Shown here one piece after another: positions 55,878 to 64,000 of a stretch of 64,000 nt of DNA. How positions within the stretch are numbered: the stretch's first letter is position 1; every line of letters starts with the position of its first letter. The position numbers and the translations under genes were made by a program. The notes beneath the pieces are model-generated. The model had not been told where the DNA came from, did no database searches, and saw only the letters and a program-made list of their open reading frames with translations. This DNA comes from Dehalococcoidia bacterium. GTDB taxonomy: Bacteria; Chloroflexota; Dehalococcoidia; Lucifugimonadales; UBA3495. The DNA lies in assembly GCA_965203835.1 (NCBI GenBank), contig OZ241919.1:3220188-3284187 (forward strand). The letters are read 5' to 3'.

Positions 55878-57148
55878 CAGAGAGTCCCCTGCACCCAATC
55901 ATCTTCATCGTCATCGGGCAAATGGGCGGTACTGGGTTCGCCTTCGGACACCTTCATCGCGTGCTCGAACCAGCCCGACGTGTGCAGTTCCCCTAGGGTG
56001 TCGGACTTCCGCAACTCCCGCAGGTTGTACAGTCCCGCTATAGGTCGGATAACGCTGTCGGACCAGTATTCATCGCGGTAGACCACTGAGGTGTTCTCAA
56101 ACGTCTCGTCTCGAATCCATGACAGCAGGGCGGGCGAATGGGTCGTGGTTATCACTTGGACGCCTCCCTTGACGGTCTGACGTTCGATGAAGTCCACCAG
56201 AAGCCAGAGCCGGTTGGGGTGGATGCCGTTGTCAATCTCTTCAAAGAAGTAGAGGCCCCCTTCGTTGGGGCTTAGTAGGGCCGCTAGTATGCCCAGGAAG
56301 CGCAGGGTGCCGTCAGACGCGCTGTAGGCCGACACCTTGCGCCCGTTGCGCTCCACGATGTGCAGGTGGACCCGTCCGCTGGGGTCGCGGGGGAAGTCGA
56401 AGTCCTTGACATCCATGGGAGTAAGTTCCTGCAGCCAGGACATCAGATTCCGTCCGCGTTGGGAGTCGGCGCAGATTGATTCCAGCACCGAGGGCAAATT
56501 TTGGCCTGAGTCTCCCAAGCTGGCTCCGGGGAAGGCCGGCTCCCGCATTCGGTCTGGAATCGGTTCTAGGAAACGTACCTTAGCGAGAGCATCCTTCAGG
56601 TCGATAGCAGGGTTTTCTATAGGATTAGTTTCATCCGGTGGCCAATAGGTGGGAGCTACATCGGATAAGAAAGGGTCAGACGAATTCATAGGGTAAACCC
56701 GACCCTCCAAGTCACCCACGTCCAACACCAGTCGTTCACCGTTCCTATAACAATCGTAGACCGGACTTTCCTCTCTGGTGAATGCTTCACTCTTTACTCG
56801 AAACTTACCGTCGTTGAAAAAGTCATAGTCAACCTCAATAACGTAACGCAAGCCAATGTCCCACAGGGTAGCCTCTATACCCATCGAGAAGTCTAGGTGT
56901 TCAATTCGAATAATCTCATTGGGCGCCCCCCTAATCGGCTCCCACTCCAATTGTCCACCAGGCCCGTACTTGCCGCCCAGAATCTCCGCCAGGGTGTAGC
57001 CGCGGCCGATGCCGTGGAGGAAGCGGAAGGCGTCACGGATGTTGCTCTTGCCGCTGGCGTTGGCGCCGACGATGACGGTGAAGGGGCCAACCTTCAGGGT
57101 TTCGTCGGCGAAGTTTTTGAAGTTGACCATGCGGACCGAGGTTATCAT
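55877..57148 (-). CDS. ABC/SMC-like ATPase of the AAA_15/AAA_21 type
   Basis: MITSVRMVNFKNF...VIVGANASGKSN (Walker A), SASDGTLRFLGILAAL (signature-like), YFFEEIDNGIHP (Walker B), TTTHSP (H-loop). The start is set at the ATG at 57148. The upstream part of the track ORF runs through a REP remnant. Confidence 0.8.
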   Translation of the reverse strand: MITSVRMVNFKNFADETLKVGPFTVIVGANASGKSNIRDAFRFLHGIGRGYTLAEILGGKYGPGGQLEWEPIRGAPNEIIRIEHLDFSMGIEATLWDIGLRYVIEVDYDFFNDGKFRVKSEAFTREESPVYDCYRNGERLVLDVGDLEGRVYPMNSSDPFLSDVAPTYWPPDETNPIENPAIDLKDALAKVRFLEPIPDRMREPAFPGASLGDSGQNLPSVLESICADSQRGRNLMSWLQELTPMDVKDFDFPRDPSGRVHLHIVERNGRKVSAYSASDGTLRFLGILAALLSPNEGGLYFFEEIDNGIHPNRLWLLVDFIERQTVKGGVQVITTTHSPALLSWIRDETFENTSVVYRDEYWSDSVIRPIAGLYNLRELRKSDTLGELHTSGWFEHAMKVSEGEPSTAHLPDDDEDDWVQGTL

Positions 57149-57243
57149 CGCAGGTCTCCCGGCGTTGAGGTTTGGTTGTTCTTCGTGGATGCTACGATGT
57201 TGGTGTTCCGTTTCAGGTGAGTTGGTCGGAGACGATGATACGG

Positions 57244-57258
57244 TGGATTCCCGCCTGC
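57244..57258. repeat. Truncated REP-like half copy
   Basis: TGGATTCCCGCCTGC followed by unrelated sequence (taatccg), so the 3' arm is missing. Confidence 0.7.
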
Positions 57259-57269
57259 TAATCCGATTA

Positions 57270-57980
57270 TCAAGCTCCCCGGCGGCGTTCCAGTTCCGCT
57301 TCGAGTTCCCGGACGCGGGCTTCGGCGGACTCGGCACGGGCTTGGGCATTGGCGCGGGCTTCTTCAGTTTCGTCGAAGGTCAGCAAGTAACTCCGCGTTT
57401 CGGGGTCCCACCATCTAAGCTTGCCGTCTTCCCAGCACAAGTCCAGTCCCAGGACGTCGCTGTGTCCGTGGAGATGGCCCGGACCTGACTCCACGATGTC
57501 GATGGGCAGGTAAGTGCCCTCCTCCAAGCGGTCTCCCGCCAAGGGCGCTCCGTGATACCGCCCGCCCGAGGGGTCGAACCGCCAGTACTCGGGAATGCCG
57601 AAGGCAGCGTAGTCACGCCGCTTGCTGGTGTAGTCATTCTCGCCAGTACTCACGGAAGCGATTTCCAGGACGAAGTCCGGCGGTTTGCCTTGGTCCCGGA
57701 TTGAGTATCCATTCTGCTCGACAGCCCGTGGCCGATCTACACCGAAGGCGATCAGCAGGTCCGGAATGCGGTGGCCTTCCCGCTGTCCGGGGGACTGTCG
57801 TACCGGTATTTCGCTCAAGACAATGGTGGTGTCGTCATTGTTGAAGTGTCGGCGGAGGGCGGCCTGGTGGGCCGGGTCGTCCAAGTGGAGAGAGTTCTGC
57901 ATATCGTCCCTGGGTGGGAAGTCCGGGAACCGTTCCAGCGTCCCGGTTTCCTCCTTCTGGCGGGTCAGCTTGCTAGTCAT
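57270..57980 (-). CDS. Uma2-family endonuclease, paralog 3, with C-terminal coiled-coil tail
   Basis: IPDLLIAFGV ... PPDFVLEIASVSTGENDY..KR..Y...GI.EYWRFDP core, then ARANAQARAESAEARVRELEAELERRR. Confidence 0.8.
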   Translation of the reverse strand: MTSKLTRQKEETGTLERFPDFPPRDDMQNSLHLDDPAHQAALRRHFNNDDTTIVLSEIPVRQSPGQREGHRIPDLLIAFGVDRPRAVEQNGYSIRDQGKPPDFVLEIASVSTGENDYTSKRRDYAAFGIPEYWRFDPSGGRYHGAPLAGDRLEEGTYLPIDIVESGPGHLHGHSDVLGLDLCWEDGKLRWWDPETRSYLLTFDETEEARANAQARAESAEARVRELEAELERRRGA

Positions 57981-58185
57981 GGCGGTCCTCGTTAGATGGG
58001 CGGGTCGAACATGCGGGTGCGGCCATTATAAGGCATCTGTGTGCTGCCGGACGGCAGTCTTCACATTGAAATGTTGGTCGGATTGTACTACAGTAGGTCA
58101 CAATTCAAGGCCACTTGCCAAGGCTATCTTTGGCTTCGCCAACCGCCTGATACGAGCTATCAAACGAATCCTCCAGGAGGCGTAG

Positions 58186-59319
58186 ATGACCACTAACACG
58201 CGGGAAAAGTCTCTCGTTGTTATACAACTAACGGGGGGCAACGACTATTTGAACACCGTGGTGCCCCACGGCAGCGGAATGTACTACGATTCCCGGCCGG
58301 TGGTGCACATAGACCGGGACAAGGTCCTTCCAATAAACGACCAGATCGGTTTCGCCCCGGCGCTGGGTCCAATCAAGGAGCTGTGGGACAAGGGGAACGT
58401 GGCGGTCATCAACGGCATAGGCTACTTCAATCCCAACCGGTCCCATTTCCGGTCGATGGACATCTGGCACACAGCGGAGCCGGACGCCATCGGCACCGAG
58501 GGCTGGCTCGGCCGGGCGACCAGGGACCTGGACCCGCACGGCGAGAACGTGCTGACCACCATCCACTTCGGCCGCGGCCTTCCCAGGGCCCTGGGTTGCC
58601 GGGGAGTCCCCGTAGCCTCGGTCGGAGACCTTCAGACCTACGGGTTGTACCCTGACCTTCAAGACGACCCTCTGCTCGAAGCCACGCTGGAGTGCTTCTC
58701 CCAGATGTACAGCGGCGCGGTAGGCAGGGGAGCCGTCCTGGACTATATAGGTCAGACCGGCAGCGATGCGCTGAAGGGCGCGGACATACTGCGCACCGCC
58801 CCGGCCATGTACTCGTCATCGGTAGAGTACGGACCCGACGCGCTGAGCCAGAACATGAAGAGCATGGCCCAGGTGCTGTTCGCCGACCTGGGGACCCGCA
58901 TCTATTACACCACACACGGTAGCTACGACACCCATTCGGGGGAACTGGATACCCACGCCAAGCTATGGGAATCGGTTTCCGGTGGCGTAAGCGACTTCAT
59001 GGCCGACCTGACAGAGCATGGCCGGCAGGATGACGCCGTAGTGCTGATATTCTCCGAGTTCGGACGCCGTATCAAGGACAATGGCTCTGGCAGCGACCAC
59101 GGCTCCGGCGGGGTGGCCCTCCTGATAGGCAATTCGGTCAAGGGCGGACTCTACGGTGAGTACCCGTCGCTGGAGGAGAAGGACCAGTTGGAGGGAGACC
59201 TGCGGGCGAACAATGACTTCCGCAGCACTTACACCGCCTTGTTGGAACAGTGCCTTGAGTTGGACGCGGCCCCGATAGTCAACGGGCGGTTCGAGCCCTT
59301 TGACCTGATAAGCAGATAG
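58186..59319 (+). CDS. DUF1501-domain protein (sulfatase/phosphatase-fold), no signal peptide visible
   Basis: LVVIQLTGGNDYLNTVVP near residue 10 and FSEFGRRIKDNGSGSDHGSGG are the DUF1501 hallmarks. Confidence 0.8.
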   Translation: MTTNTREKSLVVIQLTGGNDYLNTVVPHGSGMYYDSRPVVHIDRDKVLPINDQIGFAPALGPIKELWDKGNVAVINGIGYFNPNRSHFRSMDIWHTAEPDAIGTEGWLGRATRDLDPHGENVLTTIHFGRGLPRALGCRGVPVASVGDLQTYGLYPDLQDDPLLEATLECFSQMYSGAVGRGAVLDYIGQTGSDALKGADILRTAPAMYSSSVEYGPDALSQNMKSMAQVLFADLGTRIYYTTHGSYDTHSGELDTHAKLWESVSGGVSDFMADLTEHGRQDDAVVLIFSEFGRRIKDNGSGSDHGSGGVALLIGNSVKGGLYGEYPSLEEKDQLEGDLRANNDFRSTYTALLEQCLELDAAPIVNGRFEPFDLISR

Positions 59320-59328
59320 GCATTTGTA

Positions 59329-59378
59329 TGGATTCCCGCCCCCGCCTCCGCGAGGGCAGGCTCTGCGCGGGAATGACG
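59329..59378. repeat. REP-like element with expanded loop
   Basis: TGGATTCCCGCccccgcctccgcgagggcaggctctGCGCGGGAATGACG, between the DUF1501 stop and the DUF1800 start. Confidence 0.85.
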
Positions 59379-59404
59379 ATTTAGGCGACACCGTGGAGGT
59401 AAGA

Positions 59405-60820
59405 ATGACCAGTCAAGACACCGCTCTAATGGCCCACCTTTTTAGACGGGCGGGTTTCGGGGCGACTCCGGATGAGTTGGACCAGTACATGGCCAAGGGG
59501 TACGACGCCGTTGTCGAGGAGCTTCTCTACCCCGGCGATCCCCAGAACATTCCCGACGACCTGATCCGGCGGTATCATGCCGAGATGTCGGAGGCCCGGG
59601 ACCTTGCCGGGGCCGGCGCCTACTGGATGTACCGGATGATCAGCACCAAGTGCCCGATGGAGGAAAAGATCGCCCTGTTCTGGCACGGGCTTTTCGCCAC
59701 CGGGTACGCCAAGCTCAATCAAGCCAGGGCGTTATTGAACCAGATAGACATGTTCCGACGGTGCGGCTTGGGCAACTACCGGGACCTGCTGGTGGAGTTG
59801 TCAAAAGACCCGGCGATGATCCTGTGGCTGGACAACAACGAGAACCACAAGGAAGCCATCAACGAGAACTATGGCCGGGAGCTTCTGGAACTCTTCTCCA
59901 TGGGCATCGGCAACTACTCCGAGGATGACATCAAGGAAGGCTCGCGGGCATTCACCGGCTGGACCATGGCCAACGCCGAGTACATGGCCATCCGCGCCAG
60001 CAAGGACTCGATCTGGCCCTACAGCCGCATCGCGTGGCACTTCCAGTACCGCGACGAGGACCACGACGACGGCGAGAAGACCTTCCTCGGGCACACCGGG
60101 AACTTCAACGGGGAAGACATCATCGACATCATAGTGCAGCAGGAAGCGACGGCCCGGTTTGTTTCCACCAGGCTGTTCCAGTACTTCGCTGCCGACGAGG
60201 TGGATGAAGACGGGGAAGTTGCGGTGCAGGAAATGATGCGCTGCTACTTCGAGTCGGGCTACGAGATACGGTCAATGCTGCGCACGCTCTTTCACTCGGA
60301 CTACTTCAAGTCAGAGAAGGCCCGCTTCGCCCGGGTGAAGGGCCCCGTGGAACTCATGGTCGGGGCCATGCGCATGGCGGGAAGCTATCAGTCCCCCACG
60401 CTGGGCATCGAAAAAGTAACCAACCAGTCCTTGTTCATGGGGCAAGGGCTCCTCCAGCCTCCCACGGTTGAGGGGTGGCATGAAGGTGTCGAGTGGATCG
60501 ACAGCGGTGCGTTCGTGGAGCGGCTCAACTTTGCCGCCAAGGAATTGAGCAACGTCAACCGTCCTGGCATCCGGGCCATAATCGACCGGCTGGCCCATGA
60601 AACGGGAGGAACGCTGACGCCGCAAGAGTTGGTGGACCGGTGCCTGGACATCGTGGGGCCGCTGACGGTGTCCGACTCGACCCGCGACGCCTTGGTGACC
60701 TACGCAACCCGCCAAGGCAACCTGGACCTGACGGCCCGGCAACCGGGGGACGAATCGGAGCAGCGGGTCGGCAACATGCTCCGGCTGGTTGCTTCCACCA
60801 GGGAGTTCCAACTGGCCTGA
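59405..60820 (+). CDS. DUF1800-domain protein
   Basis: HLFRRAGFGATPDEL and later WLDN..N......NENYGRELLELF are DUF1800 signatures. The start is set at the ATG at 59405 behind GGAGG. The track start lies inside the REP. Confidence 0.8.
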   Translation: MTSQDTALMAHLFRRAGFGATPDELDQYMAKGYDAVVEELLYPGDPQNIPDDLIRRYHAEMSEARDLAGAGAYWMYRMISTKCPMEEKIALFWHGLFATGYAKLNQARALLNQIDMFRRCGLGNYRDLLVELSKDPAMILWLDNNENHKEAINENYGRELLELFSMGIGNYSEDDIKEGSRAFTGWTMANAEYMAIRASKDSIWPYSRIAWHFQYRDEDHDDGEKTFLGHTGNFNGEDIIDIIVQQEATARFVSTRLFQYFAADEVDEDGEVAVQEMMRCYFESGYEIRSMLRTLFHSDYFKSEKARFARVKGPVELMVGAMRMAGSYQSPTLGIEKVTNQSLFMGQGLLQPPTVEGWHEGVEWIDSGAFVERLNFAAKELSNVNRPGIRAIIDRLAHETGGTLTPQELVDRCLDIVGPLTVSDSTRDALVTYATRQGNLDLTARQPGDESEQRVGNMLRLVASTREFQLA

Positions 60821-60923
60821 TTCCCGGAACGGTCCTCCCGTTTGACGGGCGGAGCCAATAGAATTTCTGCAAATTCAAGGGCTGCGATATTGCGCAGCCC
60901 TTGGCAGGTATGGAGGCTATTCA

Positions 60924-61955
60924 GTGAGTACCCACGCCTCAGCCAAGACCATTGAAATCGACTACGTCAAGACAATCGGCATCGTCAACAATGGCCTGAA
61001 CGGGCGCGGCTTCACCACGCCTTTCGACTTGGCGGTGGCCGACGACGGAAGAATTTTCGTGCTCAACCGGTGCGATCCGGGCCGGGCGGCTGGAATTCGC
61101 GTTGGCATCTGCAACCTGGACGAGGACTACCTGGGGGAGTTCGGCTACGGCTACGGGGCCGGAGACGGCCAGTTGGTCTGGCCGGTCTGCATCGCATTCG
61201 ACGCCGAGCAACGGTTGTTCGTTACCGACGAGTACAACCACCGTATATCAATCTATGATACGTCGGGCAAGTTCCTGGACAAGTGGGGCGAAGCGGGCGC
61301 TGGTGAAGGCCAGCTAAACGGTCCGGCGGGGATAGCTTTCGACTCGCGGAATAACGTTTTCATTGCCGACCAGCACAACAGCCGGATACAGAAATTCACC
61401 GCCGACGGCGGATTTCTGCTGGGGTGGGGAGGCCCGGGCGACGGACAGAGCCAATTCAACCTGCCGTGGGGAATCGCCGTCGACGGGGACGACAACGTTT
61501 ACGTGGCCGACTGGCGCAACGACCGGGTACAGAAGTTCTCCAACACCGGCGGGTTCATTGCCAGCTATGGCAGCCCCGGTACCGGTGAAGGAGAGTTCAA
61601 CCGCCCCGCCAGCGTAGCCGTGGACGGCGAGGGGTACATTTACGTGGCCGACTGGGGCAACGAGCGGGTGCAGATCTTCGATGCCGGCGGCGGGTTCCAG
61701 ATCCTTCTTCGCGGAGCGGGGACGGTCTCCAAGTGGGCGGCGGAGTACTTTGAGGTCAACCCCGAAGAGAAGAAGGAAAGAGATACGTCAGACCTCTACC
61801 CTGAACTGCCAGAGCACTTGACGGCTCCTTATCATGTATCGTCGCAGACCGAGCCGTACTTCTGGGGCCCGGTATCGGTGTCGTTGGACAAGGGAGGGCG
61901 GCTCTACGTTACGGAGACCAACAGGCACCGATTCCAGGTGTACCAGAAGCGGTAG
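60924..61955 (+). CDS. NHL-repeat beta-propeller protein
   Basis: Five to six repeats of the form G.F..P.GIAVD..GNVYVAD..N.RVQKF. Confidence 0.8.
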   Translation: MSTHASAKTIEIDYVKTIGIVNNGLNGRGFTTPFDLAVADDGRIFVLNRCDPGRAAGIRVGICNLDEDYLGEFGYGYGAGDGQLVWPVCIAFDAEQRLFVTDEYNHRISIYDTSGKFLDKWGEAGAGEGQLNGPAGIAFDSRNNVFIADQHNSRIQKFTADGGFLLGWGGPGDGQSQFNLPWGIAVDGDDNVYVADWRNDRVQKFSNTGGFIASYGSPGTGEGEFNRPASVAVDGEGYIYVADWGNERVQIFDAGGGFQILLRGAGTVSKWAAEYFEVNPEEKKERDTSDLYPELPEHLTAPYHVSSQTEPYFWGPVSVSLDKGGRLYVTETNRHRFQVYQKR

Positions 61956-61975
61956 TCCAAGCATCGGGTGAACGC

Positions 61976-62851
61976 ATGGCCAAGATTTACTTGTTGGGGA
62001 CCGGGACTCCTACCCCAACGCCTACGAGGTTCGGCTCTTCTCACGTCATAGAGGTTGGCGGCCAGTACATCATGTTCGATTGCGGCCCCGCCACCACCTA
62101 CAAGCTGGTGCAGGCGGGACTGTGGCCTACGCAAGTGGACTATCTTTTCTTCAGCCATCACCACTTCGACCACGACGTTGACTACCCGTGCTTTTTGCTG
62201 TGCCGCTGGGACCAGAGTTCGGGCAAGGAAAACGAACTCAAGGTTTTCGGGCCCACGCTGACCGAGACCATCACCGAGCGTATCCTGGGCGAGGAGCACG
62301 GCGCGTTCGCTCACGATTGGCGGGCCCGGGTCAATTCACCCGGCAGCCAACGGGTCTATGTGAACCGGGGCGGTACCCTGCCCCGCAAGCCCCCGTCAGT
62401 GGACGTCCGGGACATCGGCCCCGGACTGGTGCATTCGGGCAACGACTGGACCGTCACCGCGTCCGTCGCCGAACACGCCCAGCCTTGGCTGGACTGCTTG
62501 GCTTACCGCTTGGACACGCCGGACGGCAGCGCGGTGTTCACCGGCGACACCCGTCCTTGCCAGTCTGTGGTGGACTTGGCCAAGGATGCTGATGTTATGC
62601 TTTGCATGTGCTGGGACGATTCGGAGGAGATGGAGGCCTCGGGAGAGGGGCAGAACAGCATGTGCGGGACCATGGGCGCAGCCGGAATGGCGCAGGAAGC
62701 GGGGGTGAAGCGGCTGGTGCTGGTGCACACCGGGCCCCACTTGAGCCAGCATGGCCCGATGGAAAAGGGCATCGGAGACATCAAGCGGATTTACGATGGG
62801 GAACTGGTCTTCGGCGAAGAGCTTATGACACTGGACTTGGGCCGCAAGTAA
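61976..62851 (+). CDS. MBL-fold metallo-hydrolase
   Basis: FSHHHFDHDVD (HxHxDH), a later TGDT, and a VLVH histidine. Confidence 0.8.
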   Translation: MAKIYLLGTGTPTPTPTRFGSSHVIEVGGQYIMFDCGPATTYKLVQAGLWPTQVDYLFFSHHHFDHDVDYPCFLLCRWDQSSGKENELKVFGPTLTETITERILGEEHGAFAHDWRARVNSPGSQRVYVNRGGTLPRKPPSVDVRDIGPGLVHSGNDWTVTASVAEHAQPWLDCLAYRLDTPDGSAVFTGDTRPCQSVVDLAKDADVMLCMCWDDSEEMEASGEGQNSMCGTMGAAGMAQEAGVKRLVLVHTGPHLSQHGPMEKGIGDIKRIYDGELVFGEELMTLDLGRK

Positions 62852-62869
62852 CCCGGTCCCCCGCAGTAT

Positions 62870-63706
62870 TCAGGCCTCCCTCCAGTCGTGGCGGGGCTTC
62901 CATCCCAGCATACGCTGGGCTTTCTCCGTGCTTATCACGCTGGCGGTGCCTTCCAGACCTTCCCGTATCTCCACCCGGTCGCCGAAGTTGGTCTTAATGA
63001 TGTCCACAGTCGGCTCATCGAAGCGGCTGGAGGGTTGGGCGATCATGAAGGCCTCGTACTCTTCTATCTCGGCGTCCAGCGCCAGCACGTGGGCCTCGGC
63101 TACATCCCGTGCATCCGCGTAGGCCCACATCACCAGTGTAAGCGGCTTCTCCGGCGTTGGCGCAGGCCAAGGGAACTCCGCTTGCACTTCGGGGAGCGCC
63201 ACGTTGGTGAAGCGCAGGCTGACTACGGTGGTGTCTGAGTTGCGGGCGATCATTCTGCCGATGTCTTCCCCGACCTGCTTGGTCAGGCCGTAAGGCTCGA
63301 AGGGCATCATGGGATGCTCCTCGTCCAATGGGAGGTACAGCGGCACGAAGGCGTTGCCGTCGTGGGCCCACCCCATGCCAAAGGCGCTGGACGAGAACAC
63401 CACCCGCCGCAGTCCCAACTCCGCCGCCGACATCATGACGTTGAAGGTGCTGGCAATGTTGTTGTCGAAGATTACCCGCGGGGGGTGACGCAGCGGTCCT
63501 GGTATGGCGCCCATGTGAATGACGGCTTCCGAGTCCTTCAGGAGTTCCCCGACGGCGTCGGCGTCGCCAAGATCGCAACGAACGAATTCCGTTGGGAGAT
63601 CGTCGGCGTCCAGTATGTCGCTTGCCAGCACCTCCGTGCCGCGGTCCACCAGCAACTGCACCACCCTGCGTCCCAGCCTGCCCGCCGCTCCGGTTACTAC
63701 TATCAT
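62870..63706 (-). CDS. NAD-dependent epimerase/dehydratase (extended SDR) family protein
   Basis: MIVVTGAAGRLGRRVV Rossmann motif and the YGLTK (YxxxK) motif. Confidence 0.8.
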   Translation of the reverse strand: MIVVTGAAGRLGRRVVQLLVDRGTEVLASDILDADDLPTEFVRCDLGDADAVGELLKDSEAVIHMGAIPGPLRHPPRVIFDNNIASTFNVMMSAAELGLRRVVFSSSAFGMGWAHDGNAFVPLYLPLDEEHPMMPFEPYGLTKQVGEDIGRMIARNSDTTVVSLRFTNVALPEVQAEFPWPAPTPEKPLTLVMWAYADARDVAEAHVLALDAEIEEYEAFMIAQPSSRFDEPTVDIIKTNFGDRVEIREGLEGTASVISTEKAQRMLGWKPRHDWREA

Positions 63707-63809
63707 GGTTTCCTCCGGTCAGGTTAAGTTGACATTTCCCTGTCATCCCGCGAAAGCGAGATGACAGACGCGTTATCAGCCGGTTACGTTCTCTTCCTTT
63801 GGAAGTCTT

Positions 63810-63836
63810 TGGATTCCCGCCTGCGCGGGAATGACG
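63810..63836. repeat. REP-like hairpin, canonical copy
   Basis: TGGATTCCCGCCTGCGCGGGAATGACG. A diverged relative (TGTCATCCCGCGAAAGCGAGATGACA) lies at 63741-63766. Confidence 0.9.
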
Positions 63837-64000
63837 ATATAAGGCTGCGGGAATTGCCTATGGCACATTGGGACCACGTATGAACATGAAAATGGCCTGT
63901 TTTCATAGCAATGACGATGTTGAGATGGGGGCTACTCATGGTTTGTCAAGCCCGTGGATACCTCGGTAGTCGACCGTTGGAGGCGATTGCCAGCCTTCCA

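Noticed and set aside
63938-64000. Partial plus-strand ORF (MVCQARGYLGSRPLEAIASLP...) at the window end.
   Set aside because: Only 21 codons are visible, with no SD and no recognisable family. It cannot be supported.

Overview
This is a 64-kb piece of a high-GC bacterial chromosome. Spot counts in core genes give roughly 60-65% G+C. The gene content, a T-box-controlled trp operon and an abundant GGATTCCCGC-nnnn-GCGGGAATGAC hairpin repeat suggest a Chloroflexota-type genome. That taxonomy is my inference only.

Core content, left to right:
- a DsrMK/HdrD-like membrane Fe-S oxidoreductase and rex;
- a complete F1Fo ATP synthase operon (atpZ-like, then B-E-F-H-A-G-D-C, minus strand);
- a bifunctional-nuclease-domain gene, coaD-rsmD and ribF-tyrS;
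- a methylmalonyl-CoA mutase catalytic subunit and tRNA-Pro(GGG);
- a block of catabolic-type enzymes: CoA-transferase, D-aminoacylase-like amidohydrolase, cupin, nitroreductase, TPR protein and a hydrolase;
- glcDEF plus a class-V aminotransferase, then an SDR;
- trpE-G-D-C-F-B (minus strand);
- a DASS transporter, a crotonase, a DUF1501/DUF1800 pair, an NHL propeller, an MBL hydrolase and an epimerase.

Accessory content:
- (i) A TA-rich island at about 27.6-33.6 kb. It contains a PD-(D/E)xK protein plus an ABC-type ATPase translationally coupled to a PIN-like protein.
- (ii) A lower-GC three-gene cassette with no recognisable domains (41.2-43.5 kb). It sits exactly where trpA would be expected, downstream of trpB.
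- (iii) An ATPase plus Toprim-like (DUF4276/DUF4435-type) pair at 55.3-57.1 kb.
- (iv) A PIN toxin with an unusually large 230-aa partner.
- (v) ParE/antitoxin and HicB genes embedded inside the trp operon.
- (vi) Three Uma2-family endonuclease paralogs.

I saw no rRNA, CRISPR array, integrase or transposase. All calls rest on reading the supplied translations and sequence by eye. No searches or computations were run. Many long antisense ORFs in the track are GC-driven shadows.
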